From the NCBI GenBank assembly GCA_964603635.1, contig CAZRVH010000004.1, positions 6,816-70,815 on the forward strand: a DNA stretch of 64,000 bases, read 5' to 3'. The position numbers and the translations under genes were made by a program. The notes beneath the pieces were generated by a model that saw only the letters and a list, made by a program, of their open reading frames with translations, made no database searches and was not told the origin of the DNA. The DNA is from an uncultured Candidatus Peribacteria bacterium (GTDB lineage Bacteria > Patescibacteriota > Gracilibacteria > Peribacterales > Peribacteraceae). Shown piece after piece: positions 60,575 through 64,000 of this stretch (position 1 is its first letter; each line of letters starts with the position of its first letter).

Positions 60575-62974
60575 ATGAACATTCCCTTCTTCACCAACAG
60601 CGGCCTGCTCGGTTTGAATGCGAGGAATCTCCTCTACATCAAACCTTATAACCCGCGCAAAGCGGTCGCGTTCGCCGATGACAAGATGAAGACGAAGGCG
60701 TTCCTTGCGGCGCGCGGCATTCCGGTGGCGAAGATCTACGCGCGCATCGAGAGTCATGACCAGCTGAAGAATTTCGATTTTTCCTCGTTGCCCGACGAGT
60801 GCGTCCTGAAGCCCAACAACGGGTTCGGCGGCGAGGGGATCATGATCCTGAAGGGCAGGAAGAACGGGGAGTTTCTGGAGCAAGGGAAGCGTCCCGTTCC
60901 CGAACGGTTTCTGCGCGAGCACGTCGAGGATATCCTGGACGGGCGGTATTCCATCAGCGGCACGCCCGACACGGCGTTCTTCGAAAAAATCCTTGTGGCG
61001 GATGACGCATTCGCACCGTTCCGTCCCGCGGGTCTTCCGGATATCCGCATCGTGGTCTTTAACCTCGTCCCGGTGATGGCCATGCTCCGCATTCCGACGG
61101 CCCGGAGCCGCGGGAAAGCCAACGTGCACCTGGGCGGCATCGGCATCGGCATCGACATCGCCACGGGCAAGACGACGCATGCGGTGCAGTCCGGACGCAT
61201 CATCCGCGAATTGCCGCACGGCGGCTCTCCGGCAGGCATCGCGATCCCGCACTGGGAGGATATGCTGCTGATTTCGTCGCGTATCCAGTACGTCACGAAC
61301 ATCGGGTACCTGGCGGTGGATCTTACGATCGACGAGGAAATGGGGCCCGCCCTGCTGGAAGTGAACGCGCGCGCCGGACTCTCGGTGCAGATCGCGAATC
61401 TCGCGCCGCTGCGTTCGCGTCTGGAGCGCGTGGGCGGCGTGAGCGTGGCGACTCCCGAGAAGGGCGTGCGCCTGGCACGGGAGTTGTTCGGCAAGAAAGC
61501 GGTGCGTGATTCCGATGCGGAAGAGGACGAGCGGCCCATCCTGGGCATCCTGGAAACGATATCCGTATCGGGTGCCGGAACGGCCATGGAAGTGCCCGTT
61601 ACCGTCCAGCCGAACGCGGACAGAAGCGTCTTCCGGCAGGATTTGGTCGATGAGTTGCTTCGCGCCAAACTGATCGAAAAAGAAGAAGGGAAGGAAGATC
61701 TCTACCGTATCCGGTTCTCGCTCGGCGGCCGCAAGCTGCAGTCCGTCATTCGGGCGGGGGACGTGCCCCTCCCCGACGTACGCGCCGTCATCGGCAAACG
61801 CGACCTGTCGGGGTTTCTCATCGATCCTTCCAAGGGTGCTTCCGCATCGCGCATCGCGTCCAGGAAGGCGGACCTGCGTGCCATCGACAAGATGCTCGCG
61901 CAGTGTGACCAGGAACTCCTCCTTCTGCGCCCGTTGAAACCGACGAACCTCTCCGAGGAACGCGCGCGTCTCGCGGAGGACCGCCGCTACGATCCGACAT
62001 TCCAGTATGCTCCGTTGGCTCCCGAGACAGGGGAGATTCGCGAGCGGTTGCAATCGGTCCAGACCGATGATTCCCCGCTCGGTATCTTGCTTCGGAAAAA
62101 GGGGATGGAACTCCTCGCCCGACTCGACTTGTTGGAAGCCCGCGGGGACGCCCAGCGCTTCACCCGTTCGTCTTCCATGCTGTTCGGTTTGCCACAGTCC
62201 GATCTTCTGACCGCCGCTTCATCCATCTTGAGGTCCCAGGTCGCGTGCGATCTGCCGCCGCATCCCGACGATCTCATCACCCCGGAAAAAGCGGTGCCGC
62301 TCTTCGCACAGGCATTGGAAAAGTACGGCCTGCATGATTGGCAGGTGAGCGTGCGCCGCAAGCTCGTGGCGGATTGCACCGTCGGAGGACACAGCGTGTA
62401 CCTGCGGGAAGGGGCGCTCTTCTCCAGGATGCATATCGACGCGCTCATCGCCCACGAGATCGAAACGCACGTTCTCACGGCGGAGAACGGCGACCATCAG
62501 CCTTATCAGCTCCTGAGACGCGGATGCGCCGGGTACATGGACACGCAGGAAGGGCTCGCGATTTTTAACCAGAACCGCGTCCTGTCGGAACATCATGACA
62601 AGCGCTACGGTCCCGCCCGCAGCGTGCTCGCCGTGGCCTATGCGTTGGAACATTCCTTCGCGGAAACCCGCGCGTATCTGGAGGAAGAACTCGGGTATCG
62701 CCCGGAAAAGGCTTTGGGCAAAGCGATCGACGTGAAGCGCGGCCTTACCGATACCTCGCTGCCCGGCGCGTTCACCAAAGGACTTGTGTACCTGCGCGGC
62801 CTGCGTGCCATCGAACAGTTCGTAACGGGCGGCGGCAACCTGGCGGACCTGTACGTGGGCAAGGTCGCGCTGGAAGACATGGAGTTGGTTCGACACATAC
62901 CGGAGCTGCGGCAGGCGATTATCCTTCCATCATTTTTACGAACAGAAAGCGGGAAGAGGAAGATGAAAAAGTAG
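60575..62974 (+). CDS. Fusion protein: alpha-L-glutamate-ligase-related ATP-grasp + QEGLA-motif (DUF1704) metallopeptidase-like domain
   Basis: ORF track starts at GTG 60521; ATG at 60575. LGLNARNLLYIKPYNPRKAVAFADDKMKTKAFL, VLKPNNGFGGEGI and EVNARAGLS (ATP-grasp). HEIETHV ... MDTQEGLAIFNQ (QEGLA family). Confidence 0.7.
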   Translation: MNIPFFTNSGLLGLNARNLLYIKPYNPRKAVAFADDKMKTKAFLAARGIPVAKIYARIESHDQLKNFDFSSLPDECVLKPNNGFGGEGIMILKGRKNGEFLEQGKRPVPERFLREHVEDILDGRYSISGTPDTAFFEKILVADDAFAPFRPAGLPDIRIVVFNLVPVMAMLRIPTARSRGKANVHLGGIGIGIDIATGKTTHAVQSGRIIRELPHGGSPAGIAIPHWEDMLLISSRIQYVTNIGYLAVDLTIDEEMGPALLEVNARAGLSVQIANLAPLRSRLERVGGVSVATPEKGVRLARELFGKKAVRDSDAEEDERPILGILETISVSGAGTAMEVPVTVQPNADRSVFRQDLVDELLRAKLIEKEEGKEDLYRIRFSLGGRKLQSVIRAGDVPLPDVRAVIGKRDLSGFLIDPSKGASASRIASRKADLRAIDKMLAQCDQELLLLRPLKPTNLSEERARLAEDRRYDPTFQYAPLAPETGEIRERLQSVQTDDSPLGILLRKKGMELLARLDLLEARGDAQRFTRSSSMLFGLPQSDLLTAASSILRSQVACDLPPHPDDLITPEKAVPLFAQALEKYGLHDWQVSVRRKLVADCTVGGHSVYLREGALFSRMHIDALIAHEIETHVLTAENGDHQPYQLLRRGCAGYMDTQEGLAIFNQNRVLSEHHDKRYGPARSVLAVAYALEHSFAETRAYLEEELGYRPEKALGKAIDVKRGLTDTSLPGAFTKGLVYLRGLRAIEQFVTGGGNLADLYVGKVALEDMELVRHIPELRQAIILPSFLRTESGKRKMKK

Positions 62975-62977
62975 AGC

Positions 62978-63059
62978 GTGTCATGTTGAGCGTAGACGAA
63001 ACATACGCGCGTCCTACAAAAAAGAAGTGTCCATTCCTCGTCTACGCTCGGAATGACAC
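62978..63059. repeat. Long imperfect inverted repeat (REP-like) between convergent genes
   Basis: gtgtcat-gtt-gagcgtagacga ... tcgtctacgctc-gga-atgacac: 7 + 12 bp stems around a 3-nt internal loop. Confidence 0.7.
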
Positions 63060-63065
63060 AATGTG

Positions 63066-63716
63066 TTAATTCTCCGGATTTCCCGGGATCACGCGCTTCA
63101 CCTCGGCTGCGGGAGCTCCTTCGGCGGCAGCTCCTTCGGCAGCGACCGGAGCCACTTGGGCTTCCTCCGCGCGCGGTTCCTGGACGATGGCGATCACCGC
63201 ATCCTTTTCCGTGAGGATTTCCACTCCTTCCGGAACGGAAAGGTCCGCGACCGTGATGCTGTCTCCGAAAGCCTTCAGCTTGCTGAGCTCCGCCTTGAAG
63301 TCATGCGGCAGGTTGGCCGGCAGACAGCGGACTTCGACGTGGTCGAGGGCCGTGACGAGGATTCCTCCTTCCTTCACCGCGTCGGACTCTCCTTCGAAGT
63401 GGATCTGCACTTCGGCTTCCACTTCCTTCTTCATGTCGACGGCGTAGAAATCAACGTGGTCCATGCGGTCCGTCACCGGATCGAAGGAGACATCATGGAA
63501 CAGGACCGGCATCTTGCTGCCTCCGATATCAAGATCGACGAGCGTGCTTTCCCCGGCCTTCACGTAGGCCTTCATCAATGCCACCTCTTCCAGCTGGATG
63601 GAGGTGTTCTCCGTCTTGTTTCCGTACACGACACCCGGGATCTGACCCTGCCTGCGCAGGTTCTTTGCCGAGATATCCTTGGAACGGGCCGATGCGGAAA
63701 GGGCTACCTTGTCCAT
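63066..63716 (-). CDS. rplY: 50S ribosomal protein L25 / Ctc form
   Basis: 216 aa. [12 protein letters not shown] ... HVDFYAV, two-domain Ctc type with an Ala/Glu-rich tail. Confidence 0.85.
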   Translation of the reverse strand: MDKVALSASARSKDISAKNLRRQGQIPGVVYGNKTENTSIQLEEVALMKAYVKAGESTLVDLDIGGSKMPVLFHDVSFDPVTDRMDHVDFYAVDMKKEVEAEVQIHFEGESDAVKEGGILVTALDHVEVRCLPANLPHDFKAELSKLKAFGDSITVADLSVPEGVEILTEKDAVIAIVQEPRAEEAQVAPVAAEGAAAEGAPAAEVKRVIPGNPEN

Positions 63717-63867
63717 TGGTGGGCGACAAAATAGGGGAGCGACAAAGGGAATGCAAGGGAAAATTGGCGCACATTGGCCTCAAAATACGGCCCAAACAAG
63801 CATATCCGCTTCTTTTGACTGCGAATCAGCCGCATCATCCGTTCCTTTTCTGTACACTGGCGTGCGA

Positions 63868-64000
63868 ATGTCGCAGCCCGATTTCACCATCTTGAAGAAG
63901 CGCGTCGCCAAGGCCCCCACGGGTCCGGGCGTCTATCGCTGGCTGGATAAGGACGGGAACGTCCTGTATGTGGGAAAGGCCAAGAATTTGAAGAACCGCC
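63868..64000 (+). CDS. uvrC: Excinuclease ABC subunit C, 5' end (runs off the window)
   Basis: [44 protein letters not shown] is the GIY-YIG N-terminus. Confidence 0.8.
   Translation, partial: MSQPDFTILKKRVAKAPTGPGVYRWLDKDGNVLYVGKAKNLKNR

Noticed and set aside
1-64000. Alternative genetic code (UGA or UAG reassignment), considered because the gene content looks CPR-like.
   Set aside because: Recognisable genes end at TGA, TAA and TAG with family-typical lengths (for example flavodoxin TGA, rlmD-like TAA, DUF5667 TAG). No recognised family is interrupted by in-frame stops.

Overview
This 64-kb window is a compact, gene-dense, GC-rich bacterial chromosome segment using the standard genetic code, with many genes abutting or overlapping by 1-4 nt. 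I recognise about 70 protein genes and one tRNA-Glu(CUC). I found no rRNA, no CRISPR array and no recognisable transposase or integrase.

Housekeeping content:
- trmD, gpmA, uppS, efp, gatB, def, nth, mscL, secD, rlmH, pfkA, uppP, proS, hpf, rplY and the 5' end of uvrC
- two ECF sigma factors
- a fermentative ATP module (ADP-forming acetyl-CoA synthetase, flavodoxin, 2-oxoacid:ferredoxin oxidoreductase)
- scattered envelope-glycan genes and an amino-acid ABC transporter

SLH-domain surface proteins, a FecR/DUF5667-type protein, minimalist enzymes and many orphans suggest an uncultivated small-genome lineage (CPR/Patescibacteria-like). That placement is inference only.

Loci I consider most worth follow-up:
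1. A signal-peptide + 7TM protein followed by a single-chain ATP-grasp ligase + QEGLA/DUF1704 peptidase (58977-62974).
2. An orphan three-gene operon whose 745-aa protein carries a pre-toxin-TG-like segment (54114-58393).
3. A SecD with a parvulin PPIase built into its periplasmic head and no adjacent secF (33739-36865).
4. An AT-rich islet behind tRNA-Glu, bounded by tandem copies of the tRNA 3' end (41906-44500).
5. An 0.8-kb ORF-free, hairpin-rich gap (24709-25514) that abuts one of two near-identical 155-bp repeats.

Several families of palindromic intergenic repeats are present, one of them sitting in-frame inside a membrane-protein gene. A TGCTATAAT-type box recurs immediately upstream of start codons.

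All family assignments are by-eye motif recognition without database searches. Start codons are my best choice and may be off by a few codons.
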